DNA of 64,000 nt from TPA_inf: Saccharomyces (Eukaryota). The notes under the pieces are model-generated. The model was not told the DNA's origin and did no database searches. It saw only the letters and a program-made list of their open reading frames with translations. Positions 1-12,100 of the stretch are shown here, in pieces. Position 1 is the first letter of the stretch; every line of letters starts with the position of its first letter. The translations under genes were made by a program, and so were the position numbers. The DNA lies in assembly GCA_000146045.2 (NCBI GenBank), contig BK006943.2, positions 416,001 to 480,000 of the forward strand, in the 5' to 3' direction.

Positions 1-36
1 TTGGAGTCGAAAGCTCTACCATTGAGCCACCGCTTC
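1..36 (-). tRNA. tW(CCA): tRNA-Trp(CCA), 5' exon only. The window starts at the exon/intron boundary, so the rest of the gene lies left of the window.
   Basis: Reverse complement of 1-36 is GAAGCGGTGGCTCAATGGTAGAGCTTTCGACTCCAA. This matches the yeast tRNA-Trp 5' exon, with an A-box and anticodon CCA. Confidence 0.8.
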
Positions 37-504
37 AACTTTTGTTGAAAATTTAGGCTAACATTTTCTAATAGGTGACATTACAAAATCCAGTCTTACA
101 GTTATGCTTAATATTGACCAGTAGTCATATTACTGGCATATTATCTGTTAGAATAGTGACATACTATTCTTTATTACTGATGAATTTGTAATTGTGAAGC
201 AATTAGACGCAAACGTCATTGATGTGTCAGGATGGAGAACGATATAGACTATGTGATAATGTAAAGTTAAATATCTGTTACTTGAACAATTAACTTGACG
301 TTTGTATATGTAAGGATATGGGTCATTACATAGAAACTATAGTAAATAGTCTCAGTATTGTTATATTTGTCATGTTTGATATGACTAATCGGCGCATGTT
401 TTACACCTCTTTTGTATAGTATAAGAAGATCTGCTTTTATTCTTGAACCCTACCACTATCTCGCCAAGTTTTTAAAAGATCCACTGCGATCATTGAAGAT
501 TCTA

Positions 505-1050
505 TTTCAAATAAAAATCAACTATTACCTATCATCTAGCATTCATATTACTTGTATATTATCATATCTGTAAGAAGATGACATGAATGATGAGAAATAG
601 TCATCAGACTTAATAAAAGCCGAAATTCAAGGTCGATAATGTAATAGGATAGGGTGTTGAATGACAATGTATAAAAGGAACGAAGACAGAGTAATACTAT
701 TATGTAAGAAATACCGATTCCCTTGTGAGTATATAAACATAACCATTTCATTAAAATAATTTATTCAATGGTATGTATGATATTATAATAACATACTTAT
801 ACTTGTCTCACTCTGTTCATAAACGCAACAATACAATTACTTTTGAATATTATCTTTAATAAATACACTTAGTAGTTACCAATAAATAATAAAATCCTTT
901 ACTAATACTAATATAAGGATTTCTATGTTCTCGAGGAGAACTCGTAGTATGTTCTGTATCCCTAATATTGTAGCCCTTAACAACAATGGAATACGAACAA
1001 TTTTCTTAATATTCGGCTATTTCTGAAATATACATATTCACGGGATACTA
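505..1050 (+). mobile_element. Degenerate Ty1/Ty2-type delta LTR remnant(s). The ends are delta-like; the middle is diverged or carries an insertion.
   Basis: 505-770 aligns with the 5' third of the intact delta at 62051 (..atcaactat..attatcatat..gatgagaaatagtcatc..ggattgataatgtaatagga..). 915-1045 aligns with the delta 3' end (..gaggagaactcgtagtat..ctaatattgtagcc..aacaatggaat..). The total span exceeds the 334-bp delta length. Confidence 0.6.
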
Positions 1051-1561
1051 GGAGGTCAGCATGTTACAAATTTCATGATAGTGCATCAAGAGACCCTAAA
1101 ATTAATATCCTTTATGTGCGTATTGCTTTCATGGTAGTAAATTATCACTGTTTTCATCTAGACGTGGGACGGTAACATTTTCGATAAATATCAAAAGATG
1201 GCAGTCATTGTATAGAATACCACAATTTGTGAGCATCTCTGAGGTTTTTTACAAGCTTCCGTAACTCATACAGACTTCTATCGTCCTACTCTAGTATTAT
1301 TTACCTATTCATAACCACTTTTTTATCCTTCTATTTAAATTTATAGATGCAAAGGGCGGAAAGAATTGACTGGAAAGTAAACTAAATATAAAAAATATCG
1401 CCAACTTATTCATACAATATCGTAGCAACTGACAACTTTTAAAAATCTGCAAAATTCTTTGTAGTGTTCCTTAATAATGTTTAAGCTAAGGTTTTTTATT
1501 AAGAGGAAAATATTGCATAATTCTATAATTTACATCAGTACAGTAGTAACATATTATCCAA

Positions 1562-3562
1562 TTATCTATAGTGCTTTTGCTTTTTGAAGGCGCTTCCTTC
1601 CTTCGAATTATTTCTTTCTCTTGAGTGCTTTTCTGGCTTTGGCTGTAGCGGTTTAGAATTTGGAAATATTTCAAATTCTTGCTCCTTAATTAGTTTTTTC
1701 CAATCCCACATTTTTCTAACATATAATTCCAGTTTCCAATTCTTCCACACTTGCCTGCCATAAATACTATTCTTCACCTTCTCAGTTTCTAAAACTAATG
1801 CTCTAGCAATACGCTCCTTATATAATGTTAATTTTGCCGTAAATTCCCACAATTTGTCCATTATATGAGAGCCATATACATTGCATGCCAAATTTACAGA
1901 CTCTTTAGACAGTATGTTCAATAGCATTTTTCTCTTAATTATGTCCACCCTAGTAGTTTGTAGTACGTGCTCAACAACATGCGAAAATACTCCATGGTAA
2001 CACATTTGTATCAACCTTTCCTCAGGCAGAGCCAACATGCTGTCAATGGTAATATTCAAAAACTTGTCGTCGTAGTCAATTAATTGTTCCAAGAAAACTG
2101 ATCGTCTTCTTTCTTCTGCTGTTGGCCAGTCATCTCTGGTATTGCCCAAAGTCGATGCACTCAACAACAGGCAACTTTCCAAAATATTCTTTGCATCAGA
2201 CTTTTCTGGATAATATTTTTGTATTAATTGAGCAATGACATCATCCCTTAAGTAACCACCTTGTTTATTGCTTGCGTTGATAATAGCAGTACCAAAATCC
2301 ATATTTGAGTTTAAAAGCATGCTTAATTCAGGAACTACTGCATCCAATATCTGTTTTACGTCCTTCTCCTTCAAATGTTCCAGCAATGCACGCACTACAA
2401 AGGCACCTGTAGTATCCCTTTTTGCTAGTTTCACAATACGGTCTTTCATATATAAACGATAAAGTCTTTCAACATATTTTAGCCTGGCAGAGCCAATCAC
2501 ATTTTCTAAGAAATGAGAACCGACAGGATCTGACAGTAAATATTCCAGGAATGATTCCTCCTTAGGATCCTTCTCATCTGCTGTATTGAAGACCAATCTC
2601 CAAAATGAACGGTCCCTGTCAAAAATACCTTCGACTTGAATAATGAGCTGAATTACAGGGGAAGCCACTTTATCCACACTGTACTCTCTAAATTTGGTGA
2701 TAGTAGATTGCGAAATATCAGAACGCGACTCGGCACCATTAGTAAATCCTTTGTATAAAGTAGTTATTATGTCACGAAGTTCAGATTTGAAAGATTCCGG
2801 TGTTTGGTAAACTTTATTGAAATCGTCATTATCTTTAATGTCAATCATTTTTCTTGCAATTTTTGACTTTTTGGAACGTAAAGTAGAGTTCGCTTTAGTT
2901 GAATTAGGCAATGTCTTGGAAGACAAAATTAATATTAGCAATCTCAAAACATGTGATGCATACTGATGGTTCATCATAGTTTTCAAGTGCGGTTTCAGTT
3001 CATTCAACATAAAGAGAAACATATTTTCCATAGTCACATAAGGCCCTTCTTTTTCATTGTTATCAAAACTTGGTGTTAAAAGTTCTCTTTCTACCAAGGC
3101 GGCACTTCTAACAAATAAAGTCTCTAAAACATGGGAAGCATATTTATGACATGACAACCCGAAGAAAACGCCATTGAAAGATTGGAAAATGTCTTTTAAC
3201 TGAGTCTCATCACATTCAAGAATAACTCGTTCCATCAATTTCGAAGTTATTTGGGAAGTAACCAATTTCAGTTCTTTACCTTTTGCTTCCTCAATAATGC
3301 TCGTGACGAATTGAAACTTTTCCTCAGGTGCTTCGAAGGCGTCTAATTGCAAAGTCGATTCGGCTTGCTTGAAATACTCCAGTTCTTCTCTATCTAGCAC
3401 ACCAAAAAACATTTGTGGCTGAGTCTCTTTAATTTCGGCTTCGTCATTGTAAGTAGACTCTTCTTGCTGGATGTGCTCCTTCGCAGAATTTGAACTGGGT
3501 TCAAATTCGTCCTTTCTCTGTTTGTCTTGGTGTCTTCTGCCTCTTGTTTTAGTCTTTCCCAT
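1562..3562 (-). CDS. NOP9: Nop9, a pumilio-repeat pre-18S rRNA binding protein, 666 aa
   Basis: 666-aa ORF starting at an ATG. Its position next to CCT8 matches YJL010C. Basic N-terminus and repeat architecture. Confidence 0.85.
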   Translation of the reverse strand: MGKTKTRGRRHQDKQRKDEFEPSSNSAKEHIQQEESTYNDEAEIKETQPQMFFGVLDREELEYFKQAESTLQLDAFEAPEEKFQFVTSIIEEAKGKELKLVTSQITSKLMERVILECDETQLKDIFQSFNGVFFGLSCHKYASHVLETLFVRSAALVERELLTPSFDNNEKEGPYVTMENMFLFMLNELKPHLKTMMNHQYASHVLRLLILILSSKTLPNSTKANSTLRSKKSKIARKMIDIKDNDDFNKVYQTPESFKSELRDIITTLYKGFTNGAESRSDISQSTITKFREYSVDKVASPVIQLIIQVEGIFDRDRSFWRLVFNTADEKDPKEESFLEYLLSDPVGSHFLENVIGSARLKYVERLYRLYMKDRIVKLAKRDTTGAFVVRALLEHLKEKDVKQILDAVVPELSMLLNSNMDFGTAIINASNKQGGYLRDDVIAQLIQKYYPEKSDAKNILESCLLLSASTLGNTRDDWPTAEERRRSVFLEQLIDYDDKFLNITIDSMLALPEERLIQMCYHGVFSHVVEHVLQTTRVDIIKRKMLLNILSKESVNLACNVYGSHIMDKLWEFTAKLTLYKERIARALVLETEKVKNSIYGRQVWKNWKLELYVRKMWDWKKLIKEQEFEIFPNSKPLQPKPEKHSRERNNSKEGSAFKKQKHYR

Positions 3563-3956
3563 AATAACAATAATGTGGTTTTTCCGTGAAGGTTTCAGCG
3601 TCGTTCACAGTATACTAGTTGTAACAGATCGCAGCTCATCTAATATAATTTTCTTCATTATATTGTAGATGAGCATGAAAATTCTCGCTAACCGAAAAAA
3701 AATTGAAAAAAAAAAAAGTATTACAATCATCGAACAAATATACAGGCCAAGAGTTCGTCGGTTTTGCAGGTTGCTTCTTGGTTAATGTATACAGTACATC
3801 TGCATTATCAAAAATTCAAACATTATATATATCTTTACTACTATACAGGTACACATGATACAGCCTAGCAAGTTTGAAAACTTGATTGCAATTTATGACA
3901 TTATATTCTGCTGTTTGCAGGTATATCTACTTTGTAAGTATAAAGATGCAAACAAA

Positions 3957-5663
3957 TCAGTCTTCTTGGTCCCAGTTACCTGGCCTTGGGCCTTGAGGTG
4001 CTCTTGGACCACCCGCCTTCTTTGCCATGATAATTTGGTCAATGGAAAGCACAGTAGTTGCAGCTTCTGTAGCGACGTTAATAGCAAACTTTTTCGTTGC
4101 AAGCATGTCATAAATATTTTCCTCTCTGATGTCCTTTACACCTTCATCAGATTCGCCATCAATATCCACACCTTTATATAAATGATCTGTCTTAACTGCA
4201 CCAGGTTCAGTTACGTTATGTGCAGCGTATAAGTTTGGTAGTACCTCATTAACATCAAGACCAGCGGTCTCCGCTAGGGTACGAGGAACCACTTCAAAAG
4301 CCACGGCAAACTGTTTTATAGCTAACTGTAGCAATCCAGGTGTTCGTTCACCATACTTAGTTATCCTAGAAATCAATTCAATTTCGGTAGCACCAGCACC
4401 AGGCAACAACTTACCGCCTGATGGCTTCATTAGTCCCTTGACGGCTGCAACACCATCATCAATGGCTCTTTCAATATCATCCAAATTATTCTGTGTGGCA
4501 CCTCTTAAAATGATAGTAGATGTTCTTGAAATTTCACCTTGCTCTTGTTTGAACACAGTTACTCTATCACCACCTATCTCCATTGTCTTAACAGTTTCCA
4601 CTAAACCTAATTCTTCTGGAGTTGGCGCACCTAATCTAGGCAATGGAGTGGCCCCACAAACGCGACATAATCTTCTTAATTCGAATTTGCTTGGTACCTT
4701 CAAGACTAGTATACCGTATCTATTCAAATAATGTAACGCCAATTCACCAACACCAGCACCTGCAACAATGCATTCTACGCCCATGTCGGCAATCTCTTTC
4801 ATCATGGCATCTATTTGCTTTTCCTCGCCCTTAGAAAAATCGAGCATTTCTTGTGCATTATGTAATAAAACAGTGCCTTTCGTTTCAGTATTGGCTATGT
4901 CAAGCGGACAAGTGAAAACTGCAACTTTATGCTTTTTATCTTCGGATAATGATTTTACATGGCCTTCAGGCTCACGATTGAAAACCATACCTTTGATGAC
5001 GGTAGAATTGGAAAGCGATCCACCCATAATCTTTACTACTCTGATAGAATCAACATTAAAATAAGGAATTTCTCCAGCTTGCTGAGCAACTGGTAAAACG
5101 TGAGATACAGCTTCAGAAACAAGTTCACTCAATATGTCTTCAGATCCGTACTTTTTGGAGGAGATGACTGGTTTAATCATTTTCAAAAGTTCGTTTTTAT
5201 CATTCTTGTCAGTAATTTCACCAACAACCATTTCGTCTAGTTCTTTCAAAGTAAACTTCCTTGCCATATTATAACCTTGAATAATCTCAACGGCAGACAA
5301 GCCCATTGAAATCAGTTTTTCGGACACATTTAATAGTTCGCCAGCCAAAATCATGACTAAATTTGTACCGTCTCCCATGTCGATCTTCTGTTGTTCAGTC
5401 GCCATTACGAGGACTTTCACTGCAGGATGGACAATATCTAGTTCTCTTAGCATGGTGGCCGCGTCGTTGGTAATAATGATTTTACCGAGATGGTTAACAA
5501 TGATCTTGTTTCTACCACAGGGTCCCATAGAAGTCAAACACATTTGATGTAATTCGCGAATGGCCGCAATTGATTTAATAATTTGGCCATCGGCGTTAGA
5601 GTAACTATTGTAGCCTTGTTTAAACAATCCCGCGTTGGGATTTTGTGGCAATCTAAGTGACAT
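3957..5663 (-). CDS. CCT8: Chaperonin CCT/TRiC theta subunit, 568 aa
   Basis: 568-aa ORF with chaperonin motifs (..GDGTN.., ..VAGAGVGELALHYL..). Position matches YJL008C. Confidence 0.9.
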   Translation of the reverse strand: MSLRLPQNPNAGLFKQGYNSYSNADGQIIKSIAAIRELHQMCLTSMGPCGRNKIIVNHLGKIIITNDAATMLRELDIVHPAVKVLVMATEQQKIDMGDGTNLVMILAGELLNVSEKLISMGLSAVEIIQGYNMARKFTLKELDEMVVGEITDKNDKNELLKMIKPVISSKKYGSEDILSELVSEAVSHVLPVAQQAGEIPYFNVDSIRVVKIMGGSLSNSTVIKGMVFNREPEGHVKSLSEDKKHKVAVFTCPLDIANTETKGTVLLHNAQEMLDFSKGEEKQIDAMMKEIADMGVECIVAGAGVGELALHYLNRYGILVLKVPSKFELRRLCRVCGATPLPRLGAPTPEELGLVETVKTMEIGGDRVTVFKQEQGEISRTSTIILRGATQNNLDDIERAIDDGVAAVKGLMKPSGGKLLPGAGATEIELISRITKYGERTPGLLQLAIKQFAVAFEVVPRTLAETAGLDVNEVLPNLYAAHNVTEPGAVKTDHLYKGVDIDGESDEGVKDIREENIYDMLATKKFAINVATEAATTVLSIDQIIMAKKAGGPRAPQGPRPGNWDQED

Positions 5664-6587
5664 GGTTAATTGATGATTTTATTGCCCTTGAGGTTCAAGT
5701 TGTCTTGTCGGTATCTGTAAAGTGAGAACATCATCATGCTATACTATTTTCTTCACTTTTTTTTGCCACTAGCGGAGGTGATGAACATTTTCGAATACCG
5801 TTAATAATGACAAAAACACCATTAACTTGGCTTATATAAAATAAGCTATTGAAATAGTAAATGTGCTCGCAACTCTTTAATTATCTAAATCCGGCAGCTT
5901 CTTTATTGATTAATAATACAAAATGTTCGGACAAGTGATCATTAGATATCAACATGAATTCAATTGGTAACAATTTCGATGCTTACATTTTATGCTAGTA
6001 TACACCACGCATATGTCTGTCAATGTACCTATTACAGAAGGAAATGTTCAAGAAGCAGTTCAGACAGTACCGAAGCAGAATTAAAAATCCATTATTTGAA
6101 TATGATCTGATAGTCATATATATGAGCAATACAGGTCTTCACATTAAATGTATGAGAACTGCCGGAACCACTATTACATTGGTCACAATTAGGAATGAAC
6201 CAATCGGCGTGTGTTTTATATCCCCCTTATATAAGTCTAAGAAGATCGATATTCAATCTTCATTAATAAAGCTTTTTGACCTCTACCTATGAGCAATAAA
6301 CCATATCCATCAATAGTGGTCAAGCCGTAAGAATGTTTTTACCGAGAATAGAAGTAAACTTTTCTTATTGTATATAAGAAAAGCATATAAACACGCGCCC
6401 AGAGAACATATTCAGTATGCCCTAGCTTGGAAACACATCAGTAAAATACTACGCGCCTAGTATAATGACTTCTATATCCAAAATTTTTAAGTTAACCTTT
6501 CAAGTAAAAGATCTTTGCCTTATACTACTGTCTGAACAACTCGTATAAATTAATGTATGATATGAACATTCCCATTGTTACGATAGA

Positions 6588-6905
6588 TGTCCTAATGAGG
6601 ATCAACTATAATCTATCGAATAGTATTCATATTACTAATATATTATCATGTACGATGTACCAAGATGGCATGAAGATTGAGAAAACAGTCATCAGATTTA
6701 ATAGATGCTGAAATGCCAGGACTGATAGTGTAACAGAATAATGAATGATATCATATAAATTGGGGAAACAATAATGACAATATTATGTGAAAATATCAAT
6801 TCTCTTTTGTGGATTACAAGATCCCCTGGAGAACTTCTAGTATGTCCTGTATACCCGGTGCTATATCCTTTAATAACCATGGAATCCGCAAATATTTGAT
6901 GTAAA
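6588..6905 (+). mobile_element. Solo delta (Ty1 LTR), diverged, about 30 bp upstream of tRNA-Met
   Basis: Alignable along its length to the delta at 62051-62384 (atcaactat..attatcatgtacg..gatgagaaaacagtcatcagatttaatag..ctgaaa..gataatg.., ..ggagaacttctagtatgtcctgtatacc..). No Ty internal sequence is present. Confidence 0.7.
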
Positions 6906-6936
6906 GTTTGTTTTTCTTCCCCAACATCCTTTGTAT

Positions 6937-7009
6937 GCTTCAGTAGCTCAGTAGGAAGAGCGTCAGTCTCATAATCTGAAGGTCGAGAGTTCGAACCTCC
7001 CCTGGAGCA
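6937..7009 (+). tRNA. tM(CAU): Elongator tRNA-Met (anticodon CAU), 73 nt, followed by an oligo-T Pol III terminator
   Basis: GCTTCAGTAGCTCAGTAGGAAGAGCGTCAGTCTCATAATCTGAAGGTCGAGAGTTCGAACCTCCCCTGGAGCA. The anticodon loop CTCATAA and GTTCGAA T-loop are present. A T-run follows at 7012-7026. Confidence 0.9.
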
Positions 7010-7137
7010 CATTTTCTTTTTTTGTGAATTAAACCTCGAAGCTCAACATTCATGTTTTGAGATAAAAAAAGGTACTTATTACTTGTGTAAAAGAAAGTTT
7101 ATAATGATGATCTTATTTAAGTTTATAGTAGGACTTT

Positions 7138-8109
7138 CTATGCATGTCTTGTAGAACTATTTATGCTGGACTCGCCATTAATTAGCTCCAGTGAAAGTAC
7201 ATATCTTCTTTCTTGGACATTATTATCTCTAGTAATAGTGATATAAGGATCGGCATTCAACAGGTGATCTGGTATTTGCGGCAATCCAGATTCTGGTCCT
7301 GCGTTTTTTTTCAGTTCCATAAACCTTTCAACGCCAATCGGCAGCAAATCAGCCGGTAAATGACGTTGTAGATCGCACATATCGAATGAATTGATGTAAA
7401 AATTGACTATATCAAAATAAGCTTCATTTACGGATTTCTCGTCTGTTTCAAATAAAGAATACCTTTTACTTGACCAATTCTTATTATCTAGTAATTCATA
7501 TGCTATTTTCAAAATGGCCAATGCAATGGAATGTTGGGGTATGACTAAAATAGTTTCTAGCTTCAAAGCATCATAAGCAATTACCCAAGCCAGATTGCAC
7601 AACTTATAATCAAAGGATAGCTCCCTACCAATTTTTATAACATATTCATCAATATGAACGTAATTGTTGACTCTATAATCGAATGAGCATGACTCTAATA
7701 TCCGAAGTTCTATTTGAAATACCCTTTTTTTAAAATTTTCCAAAATGTCCGTATTGATTTTAACCACATTCCTCAATCGTAATGACAAAGTACATATATC
7801 ATTTGTTTTTTTAATTGTCTCAACTTCTTTACAGCCCAAAGTCAGGCAGCTTGTCGCTACAGTGTAGCAAACCTCGGTCTCGAAGCGATTAAAGAGGTGG
7901 TATCTTTGGTAAAAGTATACTGCTGTTTCTAAAGTCTTCCGTGGAAATTTCAGCTGAACACACAAGTCACTTAGAAATTTGAACACGGCAAGTTTTTTCT
8001 GGTTGTAATTTCGATAGTCCGATATTGTATTCTTTTGGGCTCTTTGAATTTGCCTTTTAGACAGAAACGGTCTCGAAAAAAAAAGCTGGGATTCAAACGT
8101 GCTAGGCAT
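7138..8109 (-). CDS. CTK2: CTD kinase I cyclin (beta) subunit, 323 aa
   Basis: 323-aa ORF with an ATG start. Position matches YJL006C between CCT8 and CYR1. Confidence 0.85.
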   Translation of the reverse strand: MPSTFESQLFFSRPFLSKRQIQRAQKNTISDYRNYNQKKLAVFKFLSDLCVQLKFPRKTLETAVYFYQRYHLFNRFETEVCYTVATSCLTLGCKEVETIKKTNDICTLSLRLRNVVKINTDILENFKKRVFQIELRILESCSFDYRVNNYVHIDEYVIKIGRELSFDYKLCNLAWVIAYDALKLETILVIPQHSIALAILKIAYELLDNKNWSSKRYSLFETDEKSVNEAYFDIVNFYINSFDMCDLQRHLPADLLPIGVERFMELKKNAGPESGLPQIPDHLLNADPYITITRDNNVQERRYVLSLELINGESSINSSTRHA

Positions 8110-8431
8110 ATCAAAGTACGTAATTTTCTTAGTTTTGCTGGCTCTATATCTCCTCTCGCTCTATAGATACAGATATATATATATATATATATATATCTAT
8201 GTGTATAAAGACGGCTTTCAGGACAGTACTTGTTTGGATTTTTGATCATCGCGGATTTTCGCAATGCAAGTATAAAGAGAGCATTACCCGCCACACAGTG
8301 ATTCTTCAGCAAGTTGTACCGAAAAGGACCATTTAGGTACGTGGGATCGCAAAGGTTCCCAAACGGTGTGCATCAAGCCGTAGACTTCATGAGTGCTTTC
8401 GGTGCAGCAAAAAGATAAGGACAAAAAATAC

Positions 8432-8515
8432 TGAAGGATGCGAGGTTCGAACTCGCGCGGACAACCGTCCAACAGATCTTAAGTCTGCCGCCTTAGACCA
8501 CTCGGCCAACCCTCC
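8432..8515 (-). tRNA. tL(UAA): tRNA-Leu (anticodon UAA), 84 nt, no intron; the terminator T-run lies downstream on the minus strand
   Basis: Reverse complement is GGAGGGTTGGCCGAGTGGTCTAAGGCGGCAGACTTAAGATCTGTTGGACGGTTGTCCGCGCGAGTTCGAACCTCGCATCCTTCA. Long variable arm, anticodon TAA. A T7 tract (8423-8429 on the minus strand) follows. Confidence 0.9.
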
Positions 8516-9156
8516 ATCTTATTTAAAAATCCTAGGAAATAGATGTTATATAAGTCATACATCATTGAAAACATCAAATACCGTTCCCTGCGTTGTTCTA
8601 CAGAAAAGCGCATTAGAGTAGGTCATACCCTTTAAAAAATGATTTTGTAAATGCCAGAAAGTAAACAAATATGCATTTCGCCTAGCTCCCAATGTAAATA
8701 GCCATAAAAAAGGATAAAATGCCAGATTTAGAGTCAGTTCTCGTTCTTCTTCTTCTCTGTGTTCAATTGTTCAATTGCATTGTTAATCACTGAAATTCTA
8801 TGTTTCAAATTGGAATGGCAGACTGAACTGAGACCTTCCTTACTTTCTCCTCTATCAAACCTAAATATTCAATCATAACCTTATTTTTTCACTTCCTTTT
8901 TCTTACTTTTTTTTTTTTTTTTTTTTTGTATTTTGGAAGGAAAGCAGGGGGGACTTACCATAAGAAAAGCGACTCTAAAAAAGTGTATTTTCTTCCAAAG
9001 TTCAGTAAAGACAGCTGGGAAGTATAGTAACAGAGGAGAGAAAGCATAAGGAGACCTCTTGCTGCAGTTCACAACCAAAAATAGCATATCTTTACTATTG
9101 TCGCTAACCATTGCGAAACGAGCTAAAGCAACAGCAAACGAAATCCCTAGGTCGAA

Positions 9157-12100
9157 ATGTCATCAAAACCTGATACTGGTTCGGAAATTTCTGGCCCTCA
9201 GCGACAGGAAGAACAAGAACAACAGATAGAGCAGAGCTCACCTACGGAAGCAAACGATAGAAGCATTCATGATGAGGTACCAAAAGTCAAGAAGCGTCAC
9301 GAACAAAATAGTGGTCACAAATCAAGAAGGAATAGCGCATATAGTTATTACAGCCCACGGTCGCTTTCTATGACCAAAAGCAGGGAGAGTATCACTCCAA
9401 ATGGTATGGATGATGTAAGTATTTCGAACGTGGAACATCCAAGGCCGACAGAACCGAAAATCAAAAGGGGTCCATATTTACTGAAGAAAACATTGAGCAG
9501 TCTTTCAATGACGAGCGCGAATAGTACTCATGATGATAATAAAGACCACGGTTACGCTTTGAATTCATCCAAGACGCACAACTACACATCTACTCATAAC
9601 CATCATGACGGTCATCATGATCATCATCATGTTCAGTTTTTTCCCAATAGGAAGCCATCATTAGCGGAAACCCTATTCAAAAGGTTTTCAGGGTCAAACA
9701 GTCACGATGGCAATAAGTCAGGAAAGGAAAGTAAAGTTGCTAACCTTTCCCTTTCAACGGTAAATCCTGCACCTGCTAATAGGAAACCTTCTAAAGACTC
9801 CACTTTATCTAATCACTTGGCTGATAACGTGCCAAGCACTTTACGAAGGAAAGTGTCCTCATTGGTACGTGGTTCTTCCGTCCATGATATAAATAATGGT
9901 ATTGCAGATAAACAGATTAGACCAAAGGCTGTTGCGCAATCAGAAAATACATTACATTCATCCGATGTTCCCAATAGCAAACGCTCGCACAGAAAAAGCT
10001 TTCTGCTAGGCTCCACATCTTCTTCAAGCAGTAGAAGAGGTTCAAATGTCAGTTCAATGACTAACAGTGACAGTGCAAGTATGGCGACGTCGGGTAGTCA
10101 TGTTCTCCAACATAACGTATCTAATGTTTCTCCAACTACTAAAAGTAAGGACAGCGTTAACAGCGAATCCGCCGATCACACTAATAATAAATCCGAGAAA
10201 GTGACTCCAGAATATAATGAGAACATTCCGGAAAATTCTAACTCTGACAACAAACGCGAAGCCACAACGCCTACTATAGAAACACCCATTTCATGTAAAC
10301 CATCCCTTTTCAGGCTAGATACAAACCTTGAGGATGTTACTGATATTACAAAGACGGTGCCACCCACCGCTGTCAATTCTACACTAAATTCTACACACGG
10401 GACTGAGACTGCCTCACCCAAAACGGTGATCATGCCTGAAGGTCCTAGGAAGTCGGTGTCAATGGCTGATCTCTCCGTCGCTGCCGCAGCACCTAATGGT
10501 GAATTCACATCAACTTCCAATGATAGATCACAATGGGTAGCACCTCAAAGCTGGGATGTGGAAACCAAAAGGAAAAAAACAAAACCTAAAGGGAGATCGA
10601 AATCAAGAAGGTCAAGTATAGATGCTGATGAACTTGATCCCATGTCACCGGGGCCACCTTCAAAAAAAGACTCTCGTCATCATCACGATCGAAAGGATAA
10701 CGAATCAATGGTCACTGCGGGTGACAGTAACTCAAGTTTTGTTGATATATGTAAAGAAAACGTTCCGAATGATAGCAAGACCGCACTCGATACTAAATCT
10801 GTGAACCGCTTAAAAAGTAATTTGGCTATGAGTCCCCCAAGTATACGATATGCTCCATCAAATTTAGATGGGGACTACGACACGTCTTCCACTTCCTCAT
10901 CTTTACCGTCCTCATCTATTAGTTCAGAAGATACATCTTCCTGCAGCGATTCCTCTTCGTACACTAACGCGTATATGGAGGCCAACCGAGAGCAGGATAA
11001 TAAAACACCGATCCTGAATAAAACGAAATCGTATACCAAGAAATTTACATCCTCTTCGGTAAATATGAATTCACCAGATGGTGCCCAGAGTTCTGGATTA
11101 TTACTACAAGATGAGAAGGACGATGAGGTCGAGTGCCAACTGGAACATTACTATAAAGATTTCAGTGATTTAGATCCAAAGAGGCACTATGCTATTCGTA
11201 TATTCAATACTGATGACACTTTTACGACTCTCTCATGTACTCCAGCGACTACCGTCGAAGAGATAATACCTGCACTTAAAAGAAAATTTAACATTACAGC
11301 GCAAGGGAATTTTCAAATTTCCCTGAAGGTGGGAAAGTTGTCAAAAATTTTGAGACCAACTTCGAAACCTATTTTAATTGAAAGAAAACTTTTACTTTTG
11401 AATGGTTATCGAAAGTCAGACCCACTTCATATTATGGGTATAGAGGATTTAAGTTTTGTTTTTAAGTTTCTTTTCCATCCTGTCACACCTTCTCACTTTA
11501 CTCCTGAACAAGAACAAAGAATAATGAGAAGCGAATTTGTTCACGTAGATTTAAGGAATATGGATCTGACTACACCTCCCATCATTTTTTACCAGCATAC
11601 GTCAGAAATAGAAAGTTTAGACGTTTCTAATAACGCAAATATATTCCTACCTCTGGAGTTCATTGAAAGCTCGATTAAATTATTAAGTTTGAGAATGGTT
11701 AATATTAGAGCATCTAAATTTCCTTCCAATATCACTAAGGCGTATAAACTAGTATCTTTGGAATTACAGAGAAACTTCATAAGAAAAGTACCGAACTCAA
11801 TCATGAAACTGAGTAATTTAACGATATTAAACCTTCAATGTAATGAGCTTGAAAGCCTACCGGCTGGATTTGTTGAACTGAAAAATCTGCAATTGCTAGA
11901 CTTGTCTTCAAACAAGTTCATGCACTACCCAGAAGTTATTAACTACTGCACCAATCTTTTACAAATAGACCTATCATATAATAAAATCCAAAGCTTACCA
12001 CAGTCCACTAAGTACCTAGTAAAGCTTGCGAAGATGAACCTTTCTCATAACAAACTAAATTTTATAGGCGACTTATCGGAAATGACAGATTTGAGGACGC

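Noticed and set aside
3855-4181. 108-aa + strand ORF overlapping the 3' end of CCT8
   Set aside because: Entirely antisense to a conserved chaperonin CDS. Composition is Cys/Leu-rich and not protein-like. It corresponds to a dubious-ORF type overlap.
6023-6292. 89-aa ORF in the CCT8-tRNA-Met intergenic region
   Set aside because: Short, AT-rich, with no start context or homology signal. Likely random.
7971-8312. 113-aa - strand ORF overlapping the CTK2 5' end and running through the (TA)12 repeat
   Set aside because: Translation of a dinucleotide repeat (YIYIYIYI). It overlaps a real gene start and has no support.
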